Source of the DNA: a virus
Taxonomy: Duplodnaviria; Caudoviricetes
Direction: 5' to 3' (one strand)
IMG/VR virus record: IMGVR_UViG_3300025701_001373
Span: 1 to 52,641 of that record
Length of the DNA stretch: 52,641 nt
In this document: positions 34,586 to 45,255 of the stretch, one piece after another
How positions within the stretch are numbered: position 1 is the first letter of the stretch
How the letters are laid out: each line of letters starts with the position of its first letter
Translations under genes and position numbers: made by a program
Notes under the pieces: generated by a model
Database searches by the model: none
What the model saw: the letters and a program-made list of their open reading frames with translations, nothing else
Told to the model about the DNA's origin: nothing

Positions 34586-37556
34586 AACCTACCAAGTAGA
34601 CAGTAATGGAAAGAAGTATCAAGATCAAGATACTGAACTAATATCCGGATACGATATTAACTCTCTGTTTGTACCTGAGAAACATCATATAGAACTACAT
34701 GTATACTCTATAGATGGAGAACTACTACAATCTAACCATAACTTCACAGACCAAGCCTATCTTCAAGGAGCTGAAACAGCTGGTACCGATGGGGCATCTA
34801 AACTAACCCTCAACCCAGAAAAAGACGCTCTCAATCTAGGTTACGAGTATGGAGGGATTAGAATGTCTTATAATTTTACTGATAACCTATTCTCTGAACT
34901 TAAGTCTAATATAGACTTCTTTATTGAAGAGATATCACCAGATAGGACAGAAGTTAGGCTACTAACTACTAAATTAACTGATGAACAACTAACTTCTTCT
35001 GTACAGATAATAAGAGAAAAGCTACAGTCTTCTTCGTATTTTTCTGATTTTAGATTAAACTTTAAAAAAGATAATCTCTTAATAGGTACTAATATAAATG
35101 TACAAAGTTACAAAGACAGTACATCTGTTATTGTAAAATTATACGAACCTTTACCTCAAGAGTTTACCTTAAAAAACACCCTAACATTAGAGGAATTAGT
35201 ATCCGATAAGGTTACTTTTGAAATGGAAGCTGAGACATCAACTGACGAAGTTCAAGTACCTTTTCTAAAAGGACCTAACTTTAGTTTAGATTTAGCCGAA
35301 GAAACAACAATACCTTCTCAGTACCTCAATTATGAAGAGTTATTTAGTTTTCCTACAAATAATACCTATAGAGAATTAAGATCTCTATTTGAGGAAAAAA
35401 GTATTAATATTAGTATAGATTATACTAATTACGAAAACTTTATTCAATTCTCATCTGCAGACGAAAGATTAAGAAACTTTAAATATAAGTTAGATTTAGT
35501 TGAAACTTACCAATCTAACATAGACACTATAGAAGCTTCTCCTAATAACCAAGCCGGTATAAGCGGGAGTAGAGATTATTACCAAGGTCTAATTAATAAT
35601 ATATTAGAGAACTTTGACCATTACGATAGACATCTGTATTATGAAAGCGGTTCTAGTTCTTGGCCAAAAACCAATAGTACTAAACCTTTTATAAACACTA
35701 CCGGTCCAGCTACAGGTTCATGGTGGGATACTCAAACAGGAACAGCAGTTTTATTTGATCAACAAAACCCTAACCAGTTACTAAATACAGTACCTGCCTA
35801 TCTTAGAGAAGATCCAAATAACGAACCATATAATGTATTCCTAAATATGTTAGGACAACATTTTGATAATTTATGGATCTATTCAAAAGCTGTAACAGAC
35901 AAGTACGACGCCGATAACAGATTAGATAAAGGTATTTCTAAAGACTTAATACAAGACGCTCTTAAAAACTTTGGTTTAAAGTTATATACGAGTAATAAAT
36001 CTACTGAAGACCTATTCAAAACATTTACAGGAGAGTTTTACCAACCAGGTGAGGAAGTTGTTAATACTTTTGTAACCGCTTCTAATAACCCAACCTCTGA
36101 AGAGAATTATAGAAGAGAGGTTTATAAAAGACTATACCATAACTTACCGTTACTTTTAAAATCCAAAGGTACTGAAAGAGCGGCTAGAGTCCTTCTTAAT
36201 AGTTTTGGTATACCAACTCTCAATAGTGATGGAGCCCACAAAGGACTTTACATTAGAACTCAAGGTGGAGATAGAACAGACGGGAACGTTAACTTAGGAC
36301 CACAGCAGCAGTCAACTAGTTCTTTATCTAATATTAAAATAGATAAAACAGGGAGTTTAGTTTCCGGTAGTACCCTTTCTATAGATACGTCTATTAATAA
36401 AAGACCTACCGAATTTACAGACCAAATACATTCCGTAGAGATAGGATACTCAGTAGCTGAATATCAAAATGACCAAATATATACAGCGTTAACAGCTAGT
36501 GGATTTAACATTGACGATATAATAGGTGATCCGGGATTATCTTTTTCAAGTAGTTATGACGCTCTAAATAGTCAAGCTACATCTATACTAAAAGGTAATA
36601 CTTACAACCTACAAGAGTTTACTAGACTATTAAAGTTCTACGATAACGTAGTATTTAAAATGGTCAAAGACTTTGTACCGGCTAGATCAAATACAGCTAC
36701 CGGTATCGTAGTTAAACCGCACTTACTTGAAAGAAATAAGATAAAACAAGTACAGGGAACGTTTAGTACCGATATAGTTACAGCTTCAATAGATGTTGGA
36801 ACATATAGTGGAAGTCATGGAAAGTCATTTGGAAGTAGTCAAGAAAAAACTACTAACTACACCTCTAGGTATATGACATCAGGAGGAATAGCCTCTAAGA
36901 ATGACCACTTACTAGAACAAGCCAAATACAATGGAGAGTTATCTGGAAGTCAAATAACTGTTTCGCAGACAGATTTCTACCCAATTAATCCATTTAAATA
37001 CGCTTATAGTACAGGGGTTAAATATAAACTTAAGGTAGTAGAATATGAACCAGACCCATCACCGACTCCTACTCAAACACCGGTTACCCCTACTCCAACT
37101 CCAACTATTGGACTAACTCCTACTCCCACACCTACAACCACAGCTACATTGACACCTACCCCTACACCGTCAACTGAAATATTAACTTATCAGATTGGGC
37201 TTGAAATACTAAACGCAGTTTTAGAAGATGGAGAATGCCCTGAGTACAGTGTAACCTACACAGATGATAACGGAACCTCAGGTGTTATAAGATCATACAG
37301 CCCAGGAATTCCTTGTTCATCAAATGGAGTTAAATTAAGGACCGCACCTTCAACCCTCTTTGATTCTACCGTAGTAGTTAATAGGACATCTCCCGATAAT
37401 TCACCAGCGGACTTTACCGTAGTAGACTTTATTAGGAACGGAGTAATGGAACATAGAGAACCACTCGACCCTACCCAACCTATGTTTACCCTGTACTGGA
37501 CATTTAGAGACGTAGAACCAGAAGATGTATTATCAGTAGAAGTATCAGAAGGATAA
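34566..37556 (+). CDS. Large baseplate protein with Pro-Thr linker
   Basis: LYHNLPLLLKSKGTERA motif typical of wedge/tail-I-like proteins; PT repeat near 37045-37175. Confidence 0.65.
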   Translation: MQQTTYKTYQVDSNGKKYQDQDTELISGYDINSLFVPEKHHIELHVYSIDGELLQSNHNFTDQAYLQGAETAGTDGASKLTLNPEKDALNLGYEYGGIRMSYNFTDNLFSELKSNIDFFIEEISPDRTEVRLLTTKLTDEQLTSSVQIIREKLQSSSYFSDFRLNFKKDNLLIGTNINVQSYKDSTSVIVKLYEPLPQEFTLKNTLTLEELVSDKVTFEMEAETSTDEVQVPFLKGPNFSLDLAEETTIPSQYLNYEELFSFPTNNTYRELRSLFEEKSINISIDYTNYENFIQFSSADERLRNFKYKLDLVETYQSNIDTIEASPNNQAGISGSRDYYQGLINNILENFDHYDRHLYYESGSSSWPKTNSTKPFINTTGPATGSWWDTQTGTAVLFDQQNPNQLLNTVPAYLREDPNNEPYNVFLNMLGQHFDNLWIYSKAVTDKYDADNRLDKGISKDLIQDALKNFGLKLYTSNKSTEDLFKTFTGEFYQPGEEVVNTFVTASNNPTSEENYRREVYKRLYHNLPLLLKSKGTERAARVLLNSFGIPTLNSDGAHKGLYIRTQGGDRTDGNVNLGPQQQSTSSLSNIKIDKTGSLVSGSTLSIDTSINKRPTEFTDQIHSVEIGYSVAEYQNDQIYTALTASGFNIDDIIGDPGLSFSSSYDALNSQATSILKGNTYNLQEFTRLLKFYDNVVFKMVKDFVPARSNTATGIVVKPHLLERNKIKQVQGTFSTDIVTASIDVGTYSGSHGKSFGSSQEKTTNYTSRYMTSGGIASKNDHLLEQAKYNGELSGSQITVSQTDFYPINPFKYAYSTGVKYKLKVVEYEPDPSPTPTQTPVTPTPTPTIGLTPTPTPTTTATLTPTPTPSTEILTYQIGLEILNAVLEDGECPEYSVTYTDDNGTSGVIRSYSPGIPCSSNGVKLRTAPSTLFDSTVVVNRTSPDNSPADFTVVDFIRNGVMEHREPLDPTQPMFTLYWTFRDVEPEDVLSVEVSEG

Positions 37557-37569
37557 CAAGTAAGTAAAT

Positions 37570-38775
37570 ATGACATTACAAGAATTTATAAATACAGCAC
37601 CAGAGCAAGGTCAACTTTCAATGTTGAAAAATGAACTTGAAGAAGTCATAGCTATCACTGTAAATAGGATTGATTGCTCACTTAGTGCCTATGATTCAAG
37701 TTTGAACCAACTTACAGGATTAACAATTCAAGTAGGGGAAGATATACTTGTTACCGTTGAAAATGTAAATAAATACGGAGGATATTACTACCTAGAAGTA
37801 GTACCGTTTGAGTTTACAGAAACAGTGAACGAGGATTTATGTGTTAGCGTTCTATTAGAACCTTTTGATGAAAATACATCATTAGAATTTAGGAACACTG
37901 AATTTTATCCGTTGTTTAACAACGTACCGGAAACATTAACTCAAGCTACATTTAATAATATATTTAAAGGTAAAGTAGAGGTAAGAAGAGGTAAAAATAT
38001 ATATGATGTAGATAGAAAGAACGATGCAATCGTACCTACTAATATTACAAACATACTTGAGGATACAGCCAACCTAGCTGAATTTCCTGAATCTAACTAT
38101 TCATCACTATCTAACATAACAGGTAGGTACCTAGGGAGCAAAACCTCAGTAGCAGATTATGGAGTACCTTCTTTAATTAATGGAACAGCTTTTGAAGCAG
38201 CAGAGTACCCAACCTCTATAGCTAGTGGGAGTATATGTAACATATCTTCTACGGATAGAAAAATACAAAGCTATATATTTACTCAACCTACAGGTAAAAG
38301 TCAACAAACCAATAGCACTACTCCAAGTGTAACCTTAGATCATTTATACTGGATAGATTTAAATCCACCTATATTTAGTAAATATCAAACTACAATAACA
38401 GTTCAAAGAAGGTTAGATATAGCTGTAGGAGATATACTAATTGTAGAAGATCAAGATAGAAGGATTAATGAAGACAATATAGTTCTCTACGAATACCTAA
38501 AAGTTACTAAGGTAACGTTAACTAGCTCTACTACTTCTTTAGAATTTATAAGAAACTACCTAACAGATTACGATCCCAACTCCGGTGAATTTACAAGTGG
38601 ACAAGCGGGACAATTTGGCTTTACTAAAGTAATAGGAAGTACAATTTACAATACAGATTCAAGTAAACTGTTTAAAGTTGTAGATAAAAAAATCTGGATA
38701 CAAGAAACAGAAGATATTATAATAGTAGATAAAACTGGTTTTACGGTTATTATGGAAAATAATTGTAGCCTATAA
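37570..38775 (+). CDS. Hypothetical virion protein
   Basis: 401 aa in the structural module. Confidence 0.7.
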   Translation: MTLQEFINTAPEQGQLSMLKNELEEVIAITVNRIDCSLSAYDSSLNQLTGLTIQVGEDILVTVENVNKYGGYYYLEVVPFEFTETVNEDLCVSVLLEPFDENTSLEFRNTEFYPLFNNVPETLTQATFNNIFKGKVEVRRGKNIYDVDRKNDAIVPTNITNILEDTANLAEFPESNYSSLSNITGRYLGSKTSVADYGVPSLINGTAFEAAEYPTSIASGSICNISSTDRKIQSYIFTQPTGKSQQTNSTTPSVTLDHLYWIDLNPPIFSKYQTTITVQRRLDIAVGDILIVEDQDRRINEDNIVLYEYLKVTKVTLTSSTTSLEFIRNYLTDYDPNSGEFTSGQAGQFGFTKVIGSTIYNTDSSKLFKVVDKKIWIQETEDIIIVDKTGFTVIMENNCSL

Positions 38776-38790
38776 AATAATAAAATCATA

Positions 38791-38798
38791 TATTTATA
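38791..38798 (+). promoter_or_regulatory. Putative late promoter TATTTATA
   Basis: Intergenic, upstream of 38815. Confidence 0.55.
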
Positions 38799-38814
38799 TT
38801 AAACAACATTTAAA

Positions 38815-39474
38815 ATGGGATATTTAAATAACTCAGTCGTAACAGTCGACGCAATTTTAACTAAAAAAGGTAGAGAACTACTCGCAAGAGGAGATGGTTC
38901 CTTTAAGATTACACAATTTGCTCTATCTGATGATGAAATCGATTATACATTATATAATCCTTCTCACCCATCTGGATCAGCATTTTATGGAGAGGCAATT
39001 GAAAATATGCCACTACTAGAAGCATTTCCTGATGAGAATCAGATTATGAAATATAAGCTTGCGACTTTACCAAGAGGTACTTCTAAGCTACCAATCTTAC
39101 AAGCTGGATATTCTGCAATTACTTTAAAACAAGGAGCCTCTCTTGCAATCACTCCTCAAACTTTAAACTATCTAGGTGCTACATCTACTTTTGAAACAGG
39201 AGGTTATACAGCACAAATTGCCGATACAAGAGTACTTTCTAACTTTACTGGTGTTGGTATTAATACTGAGGAAGCAGAAAGACTAAACAGTACTACTACA
39301 ATAGGAACTAATGTGTCTAAGACAGTTATTGGAACTTCTATTAACCTTACCGGTACTACTGTAAATACATTATTCGGTACAAGAACACAATTACAGACTA
39401 CAATTACATTAGTAGGTAGAGATTCTGGTGCTAGAATAACTATTCCATTAACAATTCAAAAAGTAAATAGCTAA
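38815..39474 (+). CDS. Virion structural protein (baseplate/fibre-attachment type)
   Basis: DAILTKKGRELLA...ITQFALSDDEIDY resembles tail-collar/fibre attachment N-termini. Confidence 0.6.
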   Translation: MGYLNNSVVTVDAILTKKGRELLARGDGSFKITQFALSDDEIDYTLYNPSHPSGSAFYGEAIENMPLLEAFPDENQIMKYKLATLPRGTSKLPILQAGYSAITLKQGASLAITPQTLNYLGATSTFETGGYTAQIADTRVLSNFTGVGINTEEAERLNSTTTIGTNVSKTVIGTSINLTGTTVNTLFGTRTQLQTTITLVGRDSGARITIPLTIQKVNS

Positions 39475-39479
39475 GAGAT

Positions 39480-40475
39480 ATGTCATTTAAAAGATTCGAT
39501 ACAGAAGATATAGTAGTAAGTTCAGACTCTATCTCATCACCAGCTTGGAGTAATAATCAAGTTACACTTAACAACTTTGCGTACAACTCAGATCAAATAG
39601 GAACTGGTTCTACAGGAGGGCAATACTATTGGAATATATACCAAACAGGGTCTAATGATTCCTCAGCAGCTATACAATTTTCTATTGCATACGGAAACAA
39701 AAACGGGGTAGGTGCTGTACCGTACAACGCTTCAGTAAGTGGAAAATCTCCTTCATCTACAGTTTACGGACAATTTAGAACTCTAATCAACGGAGATGAA
39801 AATACAGATTTTCAATTTGGTACTTCAACACCAGACAACGTATTCTTTATTTCTGTAGAAAGAGCTAGGTTTAAAGAAAAAGTCCTTCCCGGATCATTAA
39901 CATTAAAACTTGCTTATAACGGAAATAGTATAGTATTAACAGATAACAGCTTAACAGCATCAATAGATACATATAAGGATAGCGGTAGAGAGTATTTAAT
40001 TTATTCTGGTGCAGCAGGAGAATTAGAAAATACAGATACAGTTTACGGGAAACTGTACCCAGACGTTGGAGTAGTAGTATTAAATGGTGACATATTATCA
40101 AGTAGTCAGTTTATAGAGTCTATTGACCTATCTACAGATCTTTCAGAAGGACAACCTAACGGAAATCCAGCAGTACTGTATAATGCACTAGCAGCAGGAC
40201 AGAATTTTACATTAAGAGCTGAAGAAACTCTGTCTTCTAACTATGTATTCGTTAGAGCAAGAAATAGTGAATTTAACTACTCTACTAACCCTTCTAACAT
40301 CTCTGGTTCAGGAGAACTTCAACATGATAGTATGATTGATACTCCACAAGCCTATATTACAGCTGTTGGACTATACAACGACAATAACGACTTATTAGCG
40401 GTTAGTAAACTATCAACACCACTACTCAAAGACTTTACTAAAGAAGCTCTTGTTCGTATAAAACTAGATTACTAA
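39480..40475 (+). CDS. Virion structural protein
   Basis: C-terminal YITAVGLYNDNNDLLAVSKLSTPLLK; paralogous to 43291. Confidence 0.65.
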   Translation: MSFKRFDTEDIVVSSDSISSPAWSNNQVTLNNFAYNSDQIGTGSTGGQYYWNIYQTGSNDSSAAIQFSIAYGNKNGVGAVPYNASVSGKSPSSTVYGQFRTLINGDENTDFQFGTSTPDNVFFISVERARFKEKVLPGSLTLKLAYNGNSIVLTDNSLTASIDTYKDSGREYLIYSGAAGELENTDTVYGKLYPDVGVVVLNGDILSSSQFIESIDLSTDLSEGQPNGNPAVLYNALAAGQNFTLRAEETLSSNYVFVRARNSEFNYSTNPSNISGSGELQHDSMIDTPQAYITAVGLYNDNNDLLAVSKLSTPLLKDFTKEALVRIKLDY

Positions 40476-40478
40476 AAA

Positions 40479-41387
40479 ATGAGCGTTTGGAAGAAGTTAA
40501 ACAAACAAGATTCTTTTGTTACTACTTATGTAGCTAAAAAACAATGGAACTTATCCGGGAATCAATTGGATTCTGCCGGAGTAAAACTTCTTCCAGCATA
40601 CTCAAATGTTAAAGTAGTAGACCCGGAGGATTCTGCAGAGCTAAATTGTAGTTTTGAATTTGATTATATTAATTTAGGACAGACATGTATTCTACTTGCC
40701 GAAGGAGAAGTCTTATCAACATGTGCTACTATTTTAGAAGCTACGGTTTTAGAAGTAGAAGAAACACCAACTCCTACTCCAAGTCCAATACCTCCTACAC
40801 CTACACCTACTCCAACTAATGAAGGTGTGGAACTTACTCCGACACCGACACCAACAAATGTTCCGGTAGATGTTACACCAACGGTTACCCCTACAAACAC
40901 ACCTTCTGGAGTTCCTAATACACCAACACCGACTCCTACCTTACCTTTATATTATACATTGACAAAATGTGAGGATAATGGAGACCAGTCACCAGGATTC
41001 AAATCAGTTCAAAACACATCAGAGCTACCGGGACTAGTAGTAGGAGATAGAGTAAGAGATAATGTATCGCCAAATAATTATACATACTTTGTAGACGGGT
41101 TTGAAACAGGTATTGGAGGAGTAGGAATAGAAGCAATATCTGGAGAGACGTACTGTCCTCCGGTTTACAATTACTACGCAATGAAGAAATGTACCGATCC
41201 TGCCGATATACTATATATACGAATGGAAGATACACTTCCACAAGTAACAGATAACCCGAACACTGCAAGTGTAATATCAGTAAATGGTCAAAGTAGGTAT
41301 GCATATACAGGAGTTACAAAAACAGTATGGGAAACAAATAACGGAGTTGATTACTCTGGAACTCCAACAATAGGGTGCCCAGGATAA
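40479..41387 (+). CDS. Pro-Thr-repeat, Cys-module virion protein
   Basis: (PT)n tract and two YYxxxKC modules. Confidence 0.7.
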   Translation: MSVWKKLNKQDSFVTTYVAKKQWNLSGNQLDSAGVKLLPAYSNVKVVDPEDSAELNCSFEFDYINLGQTCILLAEGEVLSTCATILEATVLEVEETPTPTPSPIPPTPTPTPTNEGVELTPTPTPTNVPVDVTPTVTPTNTPSGVPNTPTPTPTLPLYYTLTKCEDNGDQSPGFKSVQNTSELPGLVVGDRVRDNVSPNNYTYFVDGFETGIGGVGIEAISGETYCPPVYNYYAMKKCTDPADILYIRMEDTLPQVTDNPNTASVISVNGQSRYAYTGVTKTVWETNNGVDYSGTPTIGCPG

Positions 41388-41421
41388 AAGAAGAATACAG
41401 TAGAAGTAAAAGATATAAAAA

Positions 41422-43275
41422 ATGACTCAAACAATAAGAATAACTCAAATACTTATAGGTAGTGACATTAAAGACACTAACGTATTTGCATTGACTTATA
41501 ATCAAGGAGGTGAAGAAGTAAAAACTCAACCTGGATTTATAACTGCCGGTCAAATCAAAACCGGTAAGGCAGTAGTAGTGATTCCAATAGGAGTGACAGA
41601 GTTAACAGCTACCTGTCAAAGTGGATTATGTGCAGGTACTACCTCCACTATATCTTTGGCTGCTGCAACACCAACTCCAACACCTACCGGAACTGTAACT
41701 CCAACACCTACTAATAGCCCAGTACCGGTAACACCAACACCGACAGCTACAACCCCAGGAGCTACACCTACTAACACACCAATACCGGTAACACCAACAT
41801 CAACACCAATACCGGTAACACCAACATCAACACCAGCACCGGTATCACCAACACCAACACCTACTAAGCAACAACCGGTTGAAGAATTTTACGATCTAGA
41901 AAAATGTACAGATAGTTCTGAGGCTAGAACAGCAAATACAACAGATAGTGGAGCATTTACTAACGGGGATATAGTAGTAGATAGTAGTGGAGCATACTAT
42001 ACTGTAGTTGGGATAACTAATAGGATTACAGGAAATGTAGGTACAGTAACCTCTACAGCATTATCTGAGTGCCCATCTGCACCAACAGAATTTCAACCTA
42101 GCGTAACTTCATATGCGGCAGATCCAGTTGGCACTTCTACTGCTACATTTAACGGTACAGTAACAAATGTAGGAAACCCTAACTATACACAAAAAGGATT
42201 TGTTTGGAAAACAGGGACTGGAGATCCAACCTTAGCTGATACAGTAATAAACGTATCTGGAACCTCCACAGGTGACTTCAGTAGTAACGTAACCGGACTA
42301 ACACCAGGTTCACGTTACACTTACAGAGCTTTTGCTACTAATACAGTTGGTACAACATATGGAGATAGTAGATCGGTAGATACTAACTTAATAGGATACT
42401 ACCAACTACAAGATTGTAGTACACTATCTACCCAACATAGAACATCTCAAACAATAGAAGATATCACACTAGGTAACTCAGATAGAGTAGAATCCGGAGG
42501 TGTTACTTACATAGTAGTAGGTTCAACTAATGATACTGGGTTACCTGCTCATACTGTAACAGATACAGGTTTACAAGGATGTCCAGCAACAGAAAGGTAC
42601 TATAACTACGAAGAATGTGATGGAGGAGGAATAACAGGAGTAGCGAAATGGCCTTCAGGAACTACACTAAGTAATGGAAACGCATTCTACTTTAATGAGT
42701 GTTTTAGAATAACAACAGAAACAACAGGACCTAACTTCGGTGATTTTGATTTAACAGGGTATACTATATATAACGATTGTACAGATTGTAATAATGCTAA
42801 CCAACCAGTACCTGACCCAACACCAACCGCATCTAAAGTGGCACAGAATTGTTATGAATATGAATTAGCAGCAGACGGAGGAGAGACAGTTACCTTTGTA
42901 TACACCGACTGTAATGACGGAAACTTACGTAATGTAACAGTACCTAATGGAGATAGTGTAGGAGTATGTGCAAGAGATCAAAACATAGGGGAAATAACAA
43001 TGAATCCTAACTCAGGAACTATTACACAAGTTGGTACCTGCGGTACTTTCGGAGCAGCAACATCTGTTAGTACACCGGACCCATCTCCAACACCAACTCC
43101 TACTACACCAGGTGGAGGTCAATCTAATGGATCAGATCCCGGAGGCGAAGACGGTGGAGGCACTACAACCACAGATCCGGATGCAGAAACTAACCCCGAT
43201 AATAACGGCGGTGGCGGTTCAAACGACGATGACATTACTTTAAGTGAAGATAACGGAGGCGGCGGAACTAACTAA
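41422..43275 (+). CDS. Pro-Thr-repeat protein with FN3-like domain and Cys modules
   Basis: (PT)n; GLTPGSRYTYRAFATNTVGTTYG (FN3-like); Gly/Asp-rich tail. Confidence 0.72.
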   Translation: MTQTIRITQILIGSDIKDTNVFALTYNQGGEEVKTQPGFITAGQIKTGKAVVVIPIGVTELTATCQSGLCAGTTSTISLAAATPTPTPTGTVTPTPTNSPVPVTPTPTATTPGATPTNTPIPVTPTSTPIPVTPTSTPAPVSPTPTPTKQQPVEEFYDLEKCTDSSEARTANTTDSGAFTNGDIVVDSSGAYYTVVGITNRITGNVGTVTSTALSECPSAPTEFQPSVTSYAADPVGTSTATFNGTVTNVGNPNYTQKGFVWKTGTGDPTLADTVINVSGTSTGDFSSNVTGLTPGSRYTYRAFATNTVGTTYGDSRSVDTNLIGYYQLQDCSTLSTQHRTSQTIEDITLGNSDRVESGGVTYIVVGSTNDTGLPAHTVTDTGLQGCPATERYYNYEECDGGGITGVAKWPSGTTLSNGNAFYFNECFRITTETTGPNFGDFDLTGYTIYNDCTDCNNANQPVPDPTPTASKVAQNCYEYELAADGGETVTFVYTDCNDGNLRNVTVPNGDSVGVCARDQNIGEITMNPNSGTITQVGTCGTFGAATSVSTPDPSPTPTPTTPGGGQSNGSDPGGEDGGGTTTTDPDAETNPDNNGGGGSNDDDITLSEDNGGGGTN

Positions 43276-43290
43276 AATTAGGTAAAACTA

Positions 43291-44064
43291 ATGAGTACAG
43301 AATACTACATATCACAAGATACATTATATACCGGCTCCCTTTCACTAGACGAAGGGAGTTACGGTACATTGACCTATAAAAGTATTCAACAATTATATTA
43401 CTCCAACTTTACTTCTGGTTCCATAGGACTAACAGATTCAAACCTGACAGGTTCTTTTGACAATTATATTGAAAGTTCTTTTACATCAGGTTCTAGACAT
43501 TTACTAAATACAGCCTCAGTATTTACTCTTCCAACTAAAATGGTAGGTACACATATTGAACCGCTAACATTTAAAATGGGGTCTGATGTCGAATATATTT
43601 TTAATCAAGATGACTATGTAGTTGTAGATTACCTACTTGAATCTGATATAATAGTAGATGATGGTGAAGGAGTATTAAGAAAAGATAATATAAATGGTTC
43701 CGCAGTAGGTAATATAATATACTCTCATGGACAGGTTATTATTACTGACGAAGAACTGGCTGACTATTACATTAAGAACCCACTACAGCCGTTAAGTTGG
43801 AAATCTAATCAACCTATTTATACATATAACTACAATGTTAAAATAAGTGATTACGAATATAACTATACGTTTAATCCAACAGCTAGAACAGGTTCAGATG
43901 GACAACTGGCCGATAACGTAACAGGAAGTTATTTTCAACCTTATATTACAACAGTTGGATTATATAATGATTCAAATGAATTAATAGCAGTAGCGAAGCT
44001 GGCACAACCACTTCCAAAATCTGCAAATACAGAAATGACAATACAAGTTAAACTAGATATATAA
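43291..44064 (+). CDS. Virion structural protein (paralogue of 39480)
   Basis: EYNYTFNPT...PYITTVGLYNDSNELIAVAKLAQPLPK. Confidence 0.65.
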   Translation: MSTEYYISQDTLYTGSLSLDEGSYGTLTYKSIQQLYYSNFTSGSIGLTDSNLTGSFDNYIESSFTSGSRHLLNTASVFTLPTKMVGTHIEPLTFKMGSDVEYIFNQDDYVVVDYLLESDIIVDDGEGVLRKDNINGSAVGNIIYSHGQVIITDEELADYYIKNPLQPLSWKSNQPIYTYNYNVKISDYEYNYTFNPTARTGSDGQLADNVTGSYFQPYITTVGLYNDSNELIAVAKLAQPLPKSANTEMTIQVKLDI

Positions 44065-45254
44065 TGGCAGTAACATTTAGACTACTAACCGGATCGGCTC
44101 TAACACACAGGCAGATGGATACAAACTTAGGTTCGTATTACCTATCTAGTTCTGTTTCTGGGAGTACAATCACTTTCTTCCAATCAAGTTCAGTAGATGG
44201 AAGTTTAATCTCAACTTCCCATACCTTTACTGATTTAACAGGTTCCGATACAACGTATACAGCAGGAGACCATATTGATATTACAAACGAAGTAATCACT
44301 AATACCTCTCCTGATCAAATAGTAAGTTTAACTGGACAAGGTTCAACAACAGTAACAGGAACATACCCTACATTTATTATTAGTTCATCAGATACTAATG
44401 ATAACACCGAGTATACTGCCGGTACGGGTATAGGTATAACAGGTGAAGTAATAACTAATACTTCTCCAGACCAAACCGTAAGTTTAACCGGTCAAGGGAG
44501 TATTGCTATTACAGGTACCTATCCTAATTTTACTATTAGCGGTTCTGATACAAATGTAAATACTGAGTATACTGCCGGAACTGGATTGACCCTTACAGGA
44601 ACAGAATTTAGTTTTACTGGTTCTTTATTTAGCGGAGACTACAACGACCTAATTAACACACCAGATGTTAGTCTATCACTTGATACTAATAATCTAACCC
44701 TAACTAAACTAGACGGTACAACAGATGTTATAGACTTAACACCATATCTAGATGAAGACGCTAGAGCGATAGCATCCGGTACATTAGACGGAGTAACAGG
44801 TATTGTGACTTTTACAAGAGACGATGCTACCACATTTACTCTAGACCTATCAGACTTATTAGACGATACTAACTTAGTTACTTCTGTGAACGGAGCTAAT
44901 GGTGTAGTTGAATTAGATCTACAGAATGTTTGTGACGTTAGTTCGACCACATCGACTACAATTACAGCTGCTAACTTTATAACTACTTCTGATAAGAGAT
45001 TAAAATCAGATATTAAACCTATACAAGAAGGTTTAGAAACAATCAAGAAGTTCGTATCTTATGAATATGTTAAAGATGGAATTCAAGATGCAGGTTTCTT
45101 AGCACAAGAGGTTAAAGAAGCTATTCCATATTCAATCGGAGAAAGAGAAGATGGATTCCTAACAATGAGAGATAGACCAGTTCTAGCTCATATGCATAAA
45201 GCAATATTAGAATTAGAAGCAAGACTTGCAGCTATAGAAGAAAAATTAGGATAA
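44064..45254 (+). CDS. Tail fibre/spike with C-terminal intramolecular chaperone (peptidase S74)
   Basis: [10 protein letters not shown] cleavage motif, GFLAQEV, terminal coiled coil; internal YTAG...NTSPDQ repeats. Confidence 0.85.
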   Translation: MAVTFRLLTGSALTHRQMDTNLGSYYLSSSVSGSTITFFQSSSVDGSLISTSHTFTDLTGSDTTYTAGDHIDITNEVITNTSPDQIVSLTGQGSTTVTGTYPTFIISSSDTNDNTEYTAGTGIGITGEVITNTSPDQTVSLTGQGSIAITGTYPNFTISGSDTNVNTEYTAGTGLTLTGTEFSFTGSLFSGDYNDLINTPDVSLSLDTNNLTLTKLDGTTDVIDLTPYLDEDARAIASGTLDGVTGIVTFTRDDATTFTLDLSDLLDDTNLVTSVNGANGVVELDLQNVCDVSSTTSTTITAANFITTSDKRLKSDIKPIQEGLETIKKFVSYEYVKDGIQDAGFLAQEVKEAIPYSIGEREDGFLTMRDRPVLAHMHKAILELEARLAAIEEKLG

Positions 45255-45255
45255 A

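Noticed and set aside
41385-41424. Readthrough fusing ORFs 40479 and 41422
   Set aside because: The ORFs are in different frames, the second has its own ATG with an A-rich leader, and no clear slippery site precedes the stop
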